A DNA stretch of 64,000 nt from Gammaproteobacteria bacterium (lineage in GTDB: Bacteria > Pseudomonadota > Gammaproteobacteria > UBA4575). Shown in pieces: positions 1 through 9,180 of the stretch. Both the position numbers and the translations under genes were made by a program. Numbering within the stretch: position 1 is the stretch's first letter; each line of letters starts with the position of its first letter. The stretch is taken from assembly GCA_965203475.1 (NCBI GenBank), contig OZ241890.1, positions 1,513,423-1,577,422 on the forward strand, given 5' to 3'. The notes beneath the pieces are model-generated. The model was not told the DNA's origin. It did no database searches and saw nothing but the letters and a program-made list of their open reading frames with translations.

Positions 1-701
1 TCCGCTTCTGGATTAGTGAAGCTGTGTTTTATATCTGGGTAACCAATAAACTCATAATCAACATCTGCGACATCCATTTCTTGTTTGAATACATCCACTT
101 GTTCCGGAGGTATCAATGGATCCGCATTTCCATGCAACACTAACACTTTTGCACTAACTGCATTCGCTTTCGCAGGAGATTTAGTGCTCAAACTGCCATG
201 AAAACTCACCACGCCATCTAGGTCCGCACCTGTCCGCGCCATGTGCAATACCATTGTCCCACCAAAACAATAACCAATAGCCGCATTTTTTTCTGCATCT
301 GTTTGCGCTTGATCATTTAACACCTTGCGAGCAGCATTAAAGCGTTTTTCAGCCAATGTCATATTACTTGTCACTTCTTGCATAAACTTTCCAGCATCTT
401 TGGGATGCTCAGCGAGCTTTCCATCCCCATACATATCCACTGCCAATGCTACATAACCTAGTCCAGCTAACATTTCTGCTCGTTTTCGAGCATAGGCGTT
501 ATGCCCCCACCATTCATGCACCACCAATACACCAGGGCGTTTAACATCGACAGTTGAATCGTAGGCCAAGTAGCCTGTTAGCGTTACGCCATCTACTTGG
601 TATGTTATTTCCTGCGTATGAATGTTGCTTGCCGCCCAAAGGGCACTAGAAAACATGTATAAAAACAACGTACAGAATATTAATTTTGTGCTTTGAGCCA
701 T
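1..701 (-). CDS. Dienelactone-hydrolase-family secreted hydrolase; N-terminal part only, C-terminus lies beyond the window edge
   Basis: The reverse-strand translation starts at ATG 701-699 with a signal peptide (MAQSTKLIFCTLFLYMF). The HEWWGH motif and overall sequence are typical of the DLH fold. The ORF is not on the supplied track because it is truncated. Confidence 0.55.
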   Translation of the reverse strand, partial: MAQSTKLIFCTLFLYMFSSALWAASNIHTQEITYQVDGVTLTGYLAYDSTVDVKRPGVLVVHEWWGHNAYARKRAEMLAGLGYVALAVDMYGDGKLAEHPKDAGKFMQEVTSNMTLAEKRFNAARKVLNDQAQTDAEKNAAIGYCFGGTMVLHMARTGADLDGVVSFHGSLSTKSPAKANAVSAKVLVLHGNADPLIPPEQVDVFKQEMDVADVDYEFIGYPDIKHSFTNPEA

Positions 702-728
702 ATTTATAAAATCCTTATGCACTATTAA

Positions 729-1088
729 CTAATTGCATGAAAATTCCCGGAATAAACCATTTTTAACAATATCCGGCGCGGAACGATCTAATTTCGCATC
801 TTCTCGTAAAATAAATTTGGAAACTGCTTCAATGATTTGATTCTTTGTAGTTCCTTCTTCAATACAAAGACTTACTGTCCCACTAGATTCTTGGTCAAAA
901 ATTGCACCAATATAGCCAGCATATTCTGCAATTAAGGTTGTATCTGCTCCTTCTGCCTCACTTTGATAATGTTGCCATTCCTTAGCAGCCTGCACTAACT
1001 TCTCACTATTAAAAAAATGATACGTCACTGCATCAGCACTTGTAAGAACAAGGATGAGCAGAACTGAGCTTGTTATTTTTTTAATCAT
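729..1088 (-). CDS. Small secreted hypothetical protein (119 aa, signal peptide)
   Basis: ORF with a hydrophobic N-terminus; no recognisable domain. Confidence 0.4.
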   Translation of the reverse strand: MIKKITSSVLLILVLTSADAVTYHFFNSEKLVQAAKEWQHYQSEAEGADTTLIAEYAGYIGAIFDQESSGTVSLCIEEGTTKNQIIEAVSKFILREDAKLDRSAPDIVKNGLFREFSCN

Positions 1089-1151
1089 AACTCTAATATA
1101 CTGAATATAATGTAATAATATTTGACTATTGTAAATAATTTATAAAACTCA

Positions 1152-1904
1152 ATGGAAGTAAACTTTAAAAATAAATTTGGAAAAACATTATCCGGAATCA
1201 TAGATGAAGTAGACGATCCAATCACTACGGCTGTTTTTTCACATTGTTTTACCTGCTCAAAAGATCACACAGCCAGTTATCGAATTTGCAAAGCATTGGC
1301 AAACAATGGTATTCAGGTACTCCGCTTTGATTTTACTGGTTTGGGCAAAAGCGAAGGCGATTTTTCAGAAACAGACTTTTCCTACAATATTGATGATATA
1401 ACTTCTGCCATCAATTTTTTGCAGGAAAATTTTAGCGCCCCTAAACTGTTAATAGGCCATAGCTTAGGCGGAATAGCTGCTGTGGCCACGGCATGTCAAC
1501 TTAAAAACATCGATGCTGTAGCGACCATTGCTTCCCCCAGCCGCCCTGTACATGTCCTAGATCACTTTGAACACCACATTCCAAAAATACTAAAAGAAGG
1601 CTCAGACAATATTATGATTTTTGATCGTACCTTCACACTAACAAAAACCTATATTGAGGATTTAAAAAGTTACGATGAGCAAAATTTTATTCGTAGATTA
1701 AATAAACCAATTTTAATTTTTCATTCGCCGTTAGATGATATTGTGTCCATCGATGAAGCGGCAAAAATTTTTATAGAAGCAAAGCATCCAAAGAGTTTTA
1801 TTTCACTTGATGAGTCCCACCATTTAATTACTCATAAGAGGGATGCCAATTATATAGCGGAACATATTGCAAGCTGGGCGAAGCGCTATATACAGCCAAA
1901 TTAA
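1152..1904 (+). CDS. Alpha/beta-fold serine hydrolase
   Basis: GHSLGG nucleophile-elbow motif; 250 aa. Confidence 0.7.
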   Translation: MEVNFKNKFGKTLSGIIDEVDDPITTAVFSHCFTCSKDHTASYRICKALANNGIQVLRFDFTGLGKSEGDFSETDFSYNIDDITSAINFLQENFSAPKLLIGHSLGGIAAVATACQLKNIDAVATIASPSRPVHVLDHFEHHIPKILKEGSDNIMIFDRTFTLTKTYIEDLKSYDEQNFIRRLNKPILIFHSPLDDIVSIDEAAKIFIEAKHPKSFISLDESHHLITHKRDANYIAEHIASWAKRYIQPN

Positions 1905-1995
1905 TACAAATAGTTATTTTTCCCTACTATGTATAGGTGATTTAAATGTGTAGAACATGGGATAATGCGTCTCTTTAGAAAAACTGAATAACCAA

Positions 1996-3960
1996 ATGAT
2001 TAATCTACCTCCTGATCAAAATGAAGCATTCCGAATAGATGCCCTGAAACGCTACCGGGATTTGAATTATGCGAACTCTCCTGAATTTAAAAACATTACA
2101 CAACTGGCTGCTGATATCTGCGAAGTTGGAATAGCTTTAGTTAGCTTTGTAGATGTTGAGGACGTAAAAATTCGTTTTACCTGTGGACTTGAAGGGGTCG
2201 ATAGCGTTCCACGAGATATTTCATTTTGCCAGCATACGGTAAGCATTGGCGAAACCTTTATTGTGGAAGATACGTTAAAGGATGAGCGATTTAAAAATTC
2301 ACCCTATGTGGTGGGTGGACCAAAATTTCGCTTTTATACCGGTATGCCAATAACTACAAATGATGGATATGTGATTGGCGCACTTTGTGTTCTAGATACT
2401 AGCCCAAAAAAATTAAACAACTTCCAATTAGACGCTTTAGATAAACTGAGCCTAATTATCAGCAAATCCCTAGAATCAAAACATACTGAATATGAAAAAT
2501 TTAAAGAAGAATCTCGATATCGAACTATATACAACAATGCGCCGATTTGTATTCATGAAATCGACTTGCAAGGCAATTTTTCAAGCATGAACCCAAGCGG
2601 TTTAGCCTTATTAGGATTGGAACAAGAAGAAAAAGTTCGAGGTATAAAATATCTCTCGGTAGTATCCGATGAAGATTTTAATCGAATAAAATCATTACTC
2701 AACGATGCATTGAATGGAAATCAATCTACTTTTGAGTTCAAAGGTGCCTGTGGACAATATTATTCATCTTGTTTTATCCCGATATTTAACGATCAAAATG
2801 AAGTTATTAAACTAATGGGGATTTCTGAGATCATTACTAAAAGGAAAAAAGCTGAACTAGATCTCCGCGAAACTAATCTTGCTCTAACTCATTCATTGCC
2901 CGGCGTTGCGCGACTGAATCCTGATGGAAATTACACTCATGTAAATAATATGTATGCCAGATTATTAGGCTATACACCTGAAGAACTCGTTGGAAAATCT
3001 TGGAAAGTAACAGTAGATCCTGATCATATCGAAACCGGTATTCAAGGTTATCAACGCATGTTAAAAGAAGATAACGTTGAATTTGATATACAAGGAATTC
3101 ATAAAGATGGCTCACCGATTTACAAACACGTTTTAATTTCAAAACGTGTAAATAGCAATGGAGATTTTATTGGTCATCTTTGCTGTATGAAAGATATAAC
3201 AGATAAAGTTGAATCGGAAAGAAAACATAAAGAACTTCAAAACGAGTTAAATCATGTTGCGCGCTTGAGCAACATGAATCAAATGGCTACGGGTTTAGCG
3301 CATGAATTAAATCAGCCATTAAGTGCCATATCCAATTATAGTGATGCAGCTCAAACTCTATTGAATAACACACCAAAAAAAGATGAAAAGTTAGTCGAAT
3401 TTTTGAAAGGCATATCTGCCCAAGCTCTGAGAGCGGGCGAAATTATACGACATTGTCGACAGTTTGCTGACAAAGCCAATAAAAAGGACATAGCCAATAT
3501 TAATGAAATAGCAAGCGAAACTACGCGTTTTCTAAACTCTGATATCGTTGATAACAATGTGACATTAAGAACTTCCTTAGAGAAAGATTTACCATTAATT
3601 GAAGTTGATAAAGTGCAAATTCAACAAGTACTTGTTAATTTAATTCGAAACGGAATTGAAGCAATGTCAAACAATAATGGCACTAATCGTAATTTAACAG
3701 TATGCACAAAATTTAATAAGGAAAATGGAGCTGCTAAAAATATTCAAGTAACCATAAAAGATACTGGATCAGGAGTAGCAAATTGTAATTTTGATAAATT
3801 ATTCGAACCATTTTTTACTACTAAAAAAGATGGAATGGGCATGGGTCTTTCCATTAGTCGCACTATAATTGAAACTCATGGAGGAAAGCTTTGGGCTACA
3901 TGCGAAAATAATTGCAAAGAAATGTTATTACACTTTACGTTACCAGTTAATACAGATTAA
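1996..3960 (+). CDS. Sensor histidine kinase (GAF + PAS + HisKA + HATPase_c)
   Basis: N-terminal GAF-like region and PAS repeats. An H-box (HELNQPLSAI) and G-boxes (DTGSGV, GMGMGLSISRTIIETHGG) are present. Confidence 0.85.
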   Translation: MINLPPDQNEAFRIDALKRYRDLNYANSPEFKNITQLAADICEVGIALVSFVDVEDVKIRFTCGLEGVDSVPRDISFCQHTVSIGETFIVEDTLKDERFKNSPYVVGGPKFRFYTGMPITTNDGYVIGALCVLDTSPKKLNNFQLDALDKLSLIISKSLESKHTEYEKFKEESRYRTIYNNAPICIHEIDLQGNFSSMNPSGLALLGLEQEEKVRGIKYLSVVSDEDFNRIKSLLNDALNGNQSTFEFKGACGQYYSSCFIPIFNDQNEVIKLMGISEIITKRKKAELDLRETNLALTHSLPGVARLNPDGNYTHVNNMYARLLGYTPEELVGKSWKVTVDPDHIETGIQGYQRMLKEDNVEFDIQGIHKDGSPIYKHVLISKRVNSNGDFIGHLCCMKDITDKVESERKHKELQNELNHVARLSNMNQMATGLAHELNQPLSAISNYSDAAQTLLNNTPKKDEKLVEFLKGISAQALRAGEIIRHCRQFADKANKKDIANINEIASETTRFLNSDIVDNNVTLRTSLEKDLPLIEVDKVQIQQVLVNLIRNGIEAMSNNNGTNRNLTVCTKFNKENGAAKNIQVTIKDTGSGVANCNFDKLFEPFFTTKKDGMGMGLSISRTIIETHGGKLWATCENNCKEMLLHFTLPVNTD

Positions 3961-3964
3961 GCCG

Positions 3965-4591
3965 ATGTCCATCGAGGGTACAGTTCACATCGTTGACGAT
4001 GATCCTGCAATACGTAGTTCTCTCACAGCCTCTCTTGAAGTAAGAGGATTAGAAGTTGAAACCTATGCTTCTGCTCAAGATTTCCTTCATAGTTATGAAG
4101 ATAACAATATCGGCTGTCTAGTTTTAGATATACGTATGCCAGGCATCGATGGTTTAGATATGCAAAAGATTCTTATAGAAAAAAACTATTCTATTCCTAT
4201 TATCTTTGTTACTGGACATGGCAATGTTCCGATGTCGGTTCAAGCATTGAAAAATGGTGCAGTAGATTTTCTAGAAAAGCCCTATCGCCAAGAAATTTTA
4301 CTCGAGTGCATCGAACAAGCCCTAACAAAATCTAAGCAAGAAAGACAAAAACTGGCAAAAAATGAGCAAATTTTAGAAAGATTTTCTTTACTTACTCCTC
4401 GCGAAAAAGAAGTAATGGAACAACTCACGAAAAATACAGCAAATGCTTCAAATAAATCAATTGCTGAGAAGCTCGACATTAGTACCCGCACGGTTGAGGA
4501 TCATCGAGCAAAAATTATGCTTAAAATGCAAGCAAAATCATTAATTGAGTTAGTCTCGATGACTGAAACTTGTTTTTCAAATGATTCTTAA
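3965..4591 (+). CDS. Response regulator, FixJ/NarL (LuxR-HTH) family
   Basis: The ATG 4 nt after the kinase stop gives MSIEGTVHIVDDDPAIR, an REC domain, followed by a C-terminal LuxR HTH (TPREKEVM...). The supplied ORF start at 3869 overlaps the kinase and is not used. Confidence 0.85.
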   Translation: MSIEGTVHIVDDDPAIRSSLTASLEVRGLEVETYASAQDFLHSYEDNNIGCLVLDIRMPGIDGLDMQKILIEKNYSIPIIFVTGHGNVPMSVQALKNGAVDFLEKPYRQEILLECIEQALTKSKQERQKLAKNEQILERFSLLTPREKEVMEQLTKNTANASNKSIAEKLDISTRTVEDHRAKIMLKMQAKSLIELVSMTETCFSNDS

Positions 4592-4813
4592 CAACCAGTC
4601 TTACTTTATTTAAACAACAGTTTTCTGTAACGAATTAATATTTATCCGTAGAACTACGGAGGTATAGCTACGGATTTACGCGCTCATCTTAGAAGGTAAA
4701 TAATGTCAAATACTGCAAGTGGGGAATTTTATAATATGTCCTGTCCGTTTTTAAGGCGATAGGTTTGGGGACATCTCTAATTTTCGAATATAATAATTCG
4801 AAAATCTAGTGAA

Positions 4814-5305
4814 TCACCGTGTAGTTTTTAATAAACGAGCAAGTGCTTTTGTAGCATTGGCATCTTCATCTTTGTGCCAATAACGCGCCGAGTTATATCC
4901 AATTTCCACACCCCAATGCATTTTAGGATCTTGAATAATGTATAAAATTGATTCCGCTTCTTCCTTAGCATTTTTTTCATTTATACCCTGGCGCATCAGA
5001 TAGGATTGCCAAACAAACTTGATTTCTTCTTCCGCAATCTCCATCACTTCTACAAAATATGTAAGCGCCCCAAAACTATATAAGGTAATCATTTTTTCCT
5101 GTGAAGTTGAAAAATTACGTATTGGAGATTGTGATTTACTCTCAATCATAAATTTTTGGAGCAGATCTAGGGCTTTGGTGTAACCATCAAAATCAGGTTT
5201 TTGCTTACCAATTATGGTTTCTATAACTGACATAGAATTATATAGATTGATACTTGAATTGCGTTTTATTTTTAACGAAATCAATTGTTTGCAGACAAGA
5301 AGCAA
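4814..5305 (-). CDS. Hypothetical protein
   Basis: ORF only. The true start may be the internal Met near 5233 (MSVIETII...). Confidence 0.35.
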   Translation of the reverse strand: MLLVCKQLISLKIKRNSSINLYNSMSVIETIIGKQKPDFDGYTKALDLLQKFMIESKSQSPIRNFSTSQEKMITLYSFGALTYFVEVMEIAEEEIKFVWQSYLMRQGINEKNAKEEAESILYIIQDPKMHWGVEIGYNSARYWHKDEDANATKALARLLKTTR

Positions 5306-5476
5306 TCGTCAAGCTGGCAGGAATAATGTGTAGAAAAAAACCGACCAAGTACCTGCAGATGGCATGCATTTTTGCCACTTACAAGCAAAATCTTTGAATT
5401 AAACTTGAGAATATATATGAGAGAGAATTATTAGAAATTTGATTTAGGAGTTTATGTTTGTTCATTAAAAATTCAT

Positions 5477-6253
5477 CTACCACGGATACATTGATAACCA
5501 AATCCCTCCCCAAATAATCAAAGCTAATCCAGAAATAAACCTTGTCCACTTTACTGGCAGTGGTGATAACTTTTCAAACAATACAAATAGAGTGATTAAA
5601 ATTACCCACAACATGTTCATCACGCCCACAGAAAAAAGAATCGCCATTAACGCCCAGCAACAACCAACGCAAAATAGTCCATGCTTAAATCCCATGTTAA
5701 ATGCACCCCAGTAACCATCTTTCCATGAAGCCAACACAAATCCTAAAGGCGTTCTGCAATTATTCAGACAGACATCTTTAAGTGGCGTCCACTGATATAA
5801 ACCCGCAATTACAAGTATTCCTCCACTTAGTAAATAACTACGACTGTTCATCATTGGATTAAGTAAGCCTGATTCGTGTAAAGGCCATTGGATAAAACTA
5901 ATCACCACACTAAATACAACCCATGCAAATAAATAACCAAGTAGAAAAATATAGGTGGGGACAAATAATTGTTGGTTTAATTTCTTTTGTTTATTTACCG
6001 TTGCAAACATTGTCACCATAGGGGTAACGGTTGGCGTCATCATGGCAATCATCATCACCATCCACATAATGACCAGCATTATAAAATCGTAAGCGGTCCA
6101 TGCCCTGGCTCCTCCGCGCGGCGGCATCCACATTTCTACTATATGCATATTTTCCATTGCCCAGGCCATATAAAACATATAGGCCCACCCCACCGATGAC
6201 ACCAGAGCTAAGCCGAGAAAAATCAATAGTTTGTCGTTCGATCTTAGTTCCAT
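5477..6253 (-). CDS. DUF2182-like predicted metal-binding integral membrane protein (His/Met-rich)
   Basis: Multiple transmembrane segments; the Met/His-rich stretch MWMVMMIAMMTPTVTPMVTM. It is paired divergently with a DUF1326-like gene. Confidence 0.55.
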   Translation of the reverse strand: MELRSNDKLLIFLGLALVSSVGWAYMFYMAWAMENMHIVEMWMPPRGGARAWTAYDFIMLVIMWMVMMIAMMTPTVTPMVTMFATVNKQKKLNQQLFVPTYIFLLGYLFAWVVFSVVISFIQWPLHESGLLNPMMNSRSYLLSGGILVIAGLYQWTPLKDVCLNNCRTPLGFVLASWKDGYWGAFNMGFKHGLFCVGCCWALMAILFSVGVMNMLWVILITLFVLFEKLSPLPVKWTRFISGLALIIWGGIWLSMYPW

Positions 6254-6325
6254 CTAAAACTTATATTCCAATTTTGTTCCGGTTATAATATTCGTCAAAT
6301 TCAAAAACAACAAACAGGTAGGATT

Positions 6326-6934
6326 ATGGCAATAACCAATTGGAAAGTAGAAGGCAATTATTTTGAATCCTGTAACTGTGAGAATCTTTGCCCATGCATT
6401 TTATTAAAAGACCCTACTGAAGGATTTTGTGAAGCAATGGTTGGGTGGGAAATTGAGAAAGGACACTGTGAAGATGTTTCATTGGATGGAGTAAAGGTTG
6501 GCGTTTGGTTACATGCACCAGGTAATTTAACAGCAGGTGACTGGAAACTTGCACTCTATGTTGATGAATCGGCTAGTGAAGAACAGTTTAATGCTATTGC
6601 ATCACTCTGGAGTGGAGAAGGTGGTGGTCATTTGGCGGTAATCGCAAGTCTTGTTGGTGAAGTCATGGGTGCCGAAAAAGCCAAGATCTCATTTGAATAT
6701 ACGGATACCAAAAAACATTTAATCATCGATGGATTGGGTGAAAATGAAATGGTTCCTGTAGAAGGGCAAGAAGGAAGAAATGTAATTATTTCGGATCCTC
6801 CCTTAGCGGTTGCCCCAGGTAACGACATTACTATGCACGAATCCAAAAATGCGCATTATGAAGGCCATGGATACACCTGGAAACAATCTGGAAAAGCAGG
6901 CTTAGCCTCGCCTTTCCAATACGGACCCGAATAA
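6326..6934 (+). CDS. DUF1326-like Cys-rich protein
   Basis: N-terminal CNCENLCPC cysteine cluster; divergent partner of the DUF2182-like gene. Confidence 0.55.
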   Translation: MAITNWKVEGNYFESCNCENLCPCILLKDPTEGFCEAMVGWEIEKGHCEDVSLDGVKVGVWLHAPGNLTAGDWKLALYVDESASEEQFNAIASLWSGEGGGHLAVIASLVGEVMGAEKAKISFEYTDTKKHLIIDGLGENEMVPVEGQEGRNVIISDPPLAVAPGNDITMHESKNAHYEGHGYTWKQSGKAGLASPFQYGPE

Positions 6935-6958
6935 TACTCTAATTAAATTTACTATTCT

Positions 6959-6992
6959 AAAAGAGCCCTGCTAATTGTAGGGCTCTTTTAAT
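6959..6992 (+). terminator. Rho-independent terminator
   Basis: AAGAGCCCTG-ctaattg-TAGGGCTCTTTT hairpin followed by a T-run. Confidence 0.7.
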
Positions 6993-7001
6993 TTATTTAT
7001 C

Positions 7002-7120
7002 TGAAAAATTTTTAAAATTTAAAAGTACTTAAATTTCACTGAATGACTTCGTCATACTTAATTTACGGGCAGTACCCGCCCGCAAGTGTGGTGGCTATGG
7101 TTGGACTTGAACCAACGACC
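7002..7120. repeat. Direct repeat copy 1 (119 bp) containing the 3' 32 nt of tRNA-Met plus 86 bp of its downstream flank; putative attR-like end
   Basis: Identical, apart from one A in a homopolymer, to 9018..9135. It ends inside the tRNA T-arm/acceptor sequence ggttggacttgaaccaacgacc. Confidence 0.85.
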
Positions 7121-7224
7121 CTAGCATATAGTCAGCTCATCGCGTAGGAGATTTTCCGTATCAAGATTAGAGCCTATATTAATTAATCAGATAAAACCTT
7201 CTATTTTCAGTTGGGGACAAATTC

Positions 7225-8976
7225 TTGAACGATACCAGCCAAGCAATCGAGCATAAAAATATTCATCTGCTTAATGATGATGAAACTCCTTTTGATTTTG
7301 TAATTGAATTACTTAGATCTATATTTTCAAAATCACAAAATGAAGCAGAAAAAATAGCCAAGGCAACAGATAGAACAGGTAAAGGCTTATGCGGCACATA
7401 CCCATCTGAAGTTGCAGATGTGTTGTTAACACGTGCACGACAATATATTACAGATCAAAGCCAACCTCTTAAACTTGCATCTGAAAATGTTGTAAAAAAT
7501 ACTGCTGTTTTGAAATGCGGTTTCTGTGGGAAATTTAAGGATCAAGTTAAACATTTAATAAGTGGAAAGGATACTTATATATGTGATGCATGTGTTCTCA
7601 CAAGCACTGAATTACTCCGAGAAAACCTAGCGGAAAAGAGATTTACATATGCATACGAGATGCTTAACTGGCATTTTGGAAATATCGCTGAAGAACAAAT
7701 AATCACCTCAAGTCGTTTTTTTCCTGCAAGAGTAAGAGTGGATTTACAACTCTCTATTGACTCGTTGCTAAGTGATGGCGTAATTAAATTTATTGGCATT
7801 CATAATGATAGAGAATATGAACAGCTTACTATGGCTACCCTACTTAAGAAAGGCCGACAACCAAAAATGATTGGCCCCATTCAAAGAGAAGATGTAGATA
7901 TTGGTGAGGATACTCCAGTTAAATGTTTAGCTAATGGACTTTGGATACTCAAAGAATCCGATGTTCCTTACGCTGTCTTAGTTACAAAGAACACTGATTA
8001 CACACATCAGAAATCAGGTATCACAATAGAAGCTGCAGCGCCAGCAGGTGAAGAGGCATCTAAAATCACAGAAAAATTTTTCAAAACTTTAGAAAAAGCT
8101 GTTAATACCTCCAAATCATATAGAGGCAAAGTTCTATCTCTAGATATGGCAAGTATGTATTCAGGCATGTCGAACGGTATAACAGTTCACAAGCTCTCTC
8201 CTGTTTCCCAAGATGATGTCATTCTGCCAAAGACCACAAGAGATGCACTAGATCGAAATGTAATAAACTTTGCAAAACAAAGATCTGAATTAGTTTCTCG
8301 TGGACAATCAACAAAAAAAGGATTGCTATTTTATGGACCACCAGGAACAGGTAAAACTCATACAATTAAATATCTAGCTTCAAATTTATCAGATCACACA
8401 ACACTATTAGTAACAGCAGAACAAGTTGGAATACTTGATGAATACTTCTCACTAGCCCGACTACTGCAACCATCTATTTTAGTTATTGAAGATGTAGATC
8501 TAATAGCAAAAGCCAGAGAGACAATAAACAGTCCGTGCGAAGAAGCATTACTAAATAAACTTCTGAATGAGATGGATGGTTTAAAAGAAGATGCAGAAGT
8601 ATTTTTTGTACTAACTACTAATCGTCCTGATACATTAGAAGATGCATTAGCATCTAGGCCTGGAAGGATAGATCAAGCCATTGAATTTCCTTTGCCCGAT
8701 GAAGCCGGCAGAGAAAAGCTTGTTAACCTATATAGTGCAGGCCTTAATCTAGATGAAAAACTGGTGAAAGTAGTCGTGAATAGAACTGAAAATGTAAGTG
8801 GTGCATTTATAAAAGAATTAATGAGGCGATCAACGCAATATAGTCTTGATCGTGGTGATGGTGATTCAGTCATTATTGAAGATATTGAAAGTGCGTTAGA
8901 AGAAATGCTCTTCTCTGGAGGAGTACTTAACACAAAACTTTTAGGTGGAGAAAACAAACAAGATCAAACTCATTGA
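7225..8976 (+). CDS. ClpS-like N-domain + ClpX-type C4 zinc ribbon + classic-clade AAA+ ATPase fusion protein
   Basis: The N-terminus LLNDDETPFDFVIELLRSIF...GKGLCGTY...EVADVLLTRARQY aligns with ClpS. CGFCGKFKDQVKHLISGKDTYICDAC resembles the ClpX zinc-binding domain (C-x2-C-x19-C-x2-C). Walker A GPPGTGKTH, Walker B ILVIEDVDL and SRH ...SRPGRIDQ are present. The start codon is TTG. Confidence 0.85.
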   Translation: MNDTSQAIEHKNIHLLNDDETPFDFVIELLRSIFSKSQNEAEKIAKATDRTGKGLCGTYPSEVADVLLTRARQYITDQSQPLKLASENVVKNTAVLKCGFCGKFKDQVKHLISGKDTYICDACVLTSTELLRENLAEKRFTYAYEMLNWHFGNIAEEQIITSSRFFPARVRVDLQLSIDSLLSDGVIKFIGIHNDREYEQLTMATLLKKGRQPKMIGPIQREDVDIGEDTPVKCLANGLWILKESDVPYAVLVTKNTDYTHQKSGITIEAAAPAGEEASKITEKFFKTLEKAVNTSKSYRGKVLSLDMASMYSGMSNGITVHKLSPVSQDDVILPKTTRDALDRNVINFAKQRSELVSRGQSTKKGLLFYGPPGTGKTHTIKYLASNLSDHTTLLVTAEQVGILDEYFSLARLLQPSILVIEDVDLIAKARETINSPCEEALLNKLLNEMDGLKEDAEVFFVLTTNRPDTLEDALASRPGRIDQAIEFPLPDEAGREKLVNLYSAGLNLDEKLVKVVVNRTENVSGAFIKELMRRSTQYSLDRGDGDSVIIEDIESALEEMLFSGGVLNTKLLGGENKQDQTH

Positions 8977-9017
8977 TGGACTTTTGCCTGACTTGTAGTG
9001 CTCCGTTGTGCTTTGTT

Positions 9018-9135
9018 TGAAAATTTTTAAAATTTAAAAGTACTTAAATTTCACTGAATGACTTCGTCATACTTAATTTACGGGCAGTACCCGCCCGCAA
9101 GTGTGGTGGCTATGGTTGGACTTGAACCAACGACC
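9018..9135. repeat. Direct repeat copy 2, overlapping the 3' part of the intact tRNA-Met and its downstream flank (attL-like)
   Basis: See copy 1. Confidence 0.85.
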
Positions 9136-9180
9136 CCAGCATTATGAATGCTGTGCTCTAACCAACTGAGCTACATAGCC
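9104..9180 (-). tRNA. tRNA-Met (anticodon CAT), elongator-like; a lysidine tRNA-Ile2 cannot be fully excluded
   Basis: Reverse complement GGCTATGTAGCTCAGTTGGTTAGAGCACAGCATTCATAATGCTGGGGTCGTTGGTTCAAGTCCAACCATAGCCACCA. This is a full cloverleaf with an encoded CCA and is close to E. coli metT. Confidence 0.9.

Noticed and set aside
3869-3964. Upstream extension of the response-regulator ORF overlapping the kinase
   Set aside because: The REC domain starts at the ATG at 3965, 4 nt after the kinase stop, and the extension has no homology.
5987-6288. His-rich 70-aa and 62-aa plus-strand ORFs
   Set aside because: They are antisense shadows of the Met/His-rich DUF2182-like gene, where reverse-complemented ATG/CAT codons give His and Met.
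7089-7120. Second tRNA-Met
   Set aside because: Only the 3' 32 nt (T-arm plus acceptor 3' strand) are present. It is an att-like remnant, not a gene.
7121-9017. Integrase or recombinase in the tRNA islet
   Set aside because: The only ORF of any size is the ClpS-ZBD-AAA+ gene. No tyrosine or serine recombinase motifs were found.
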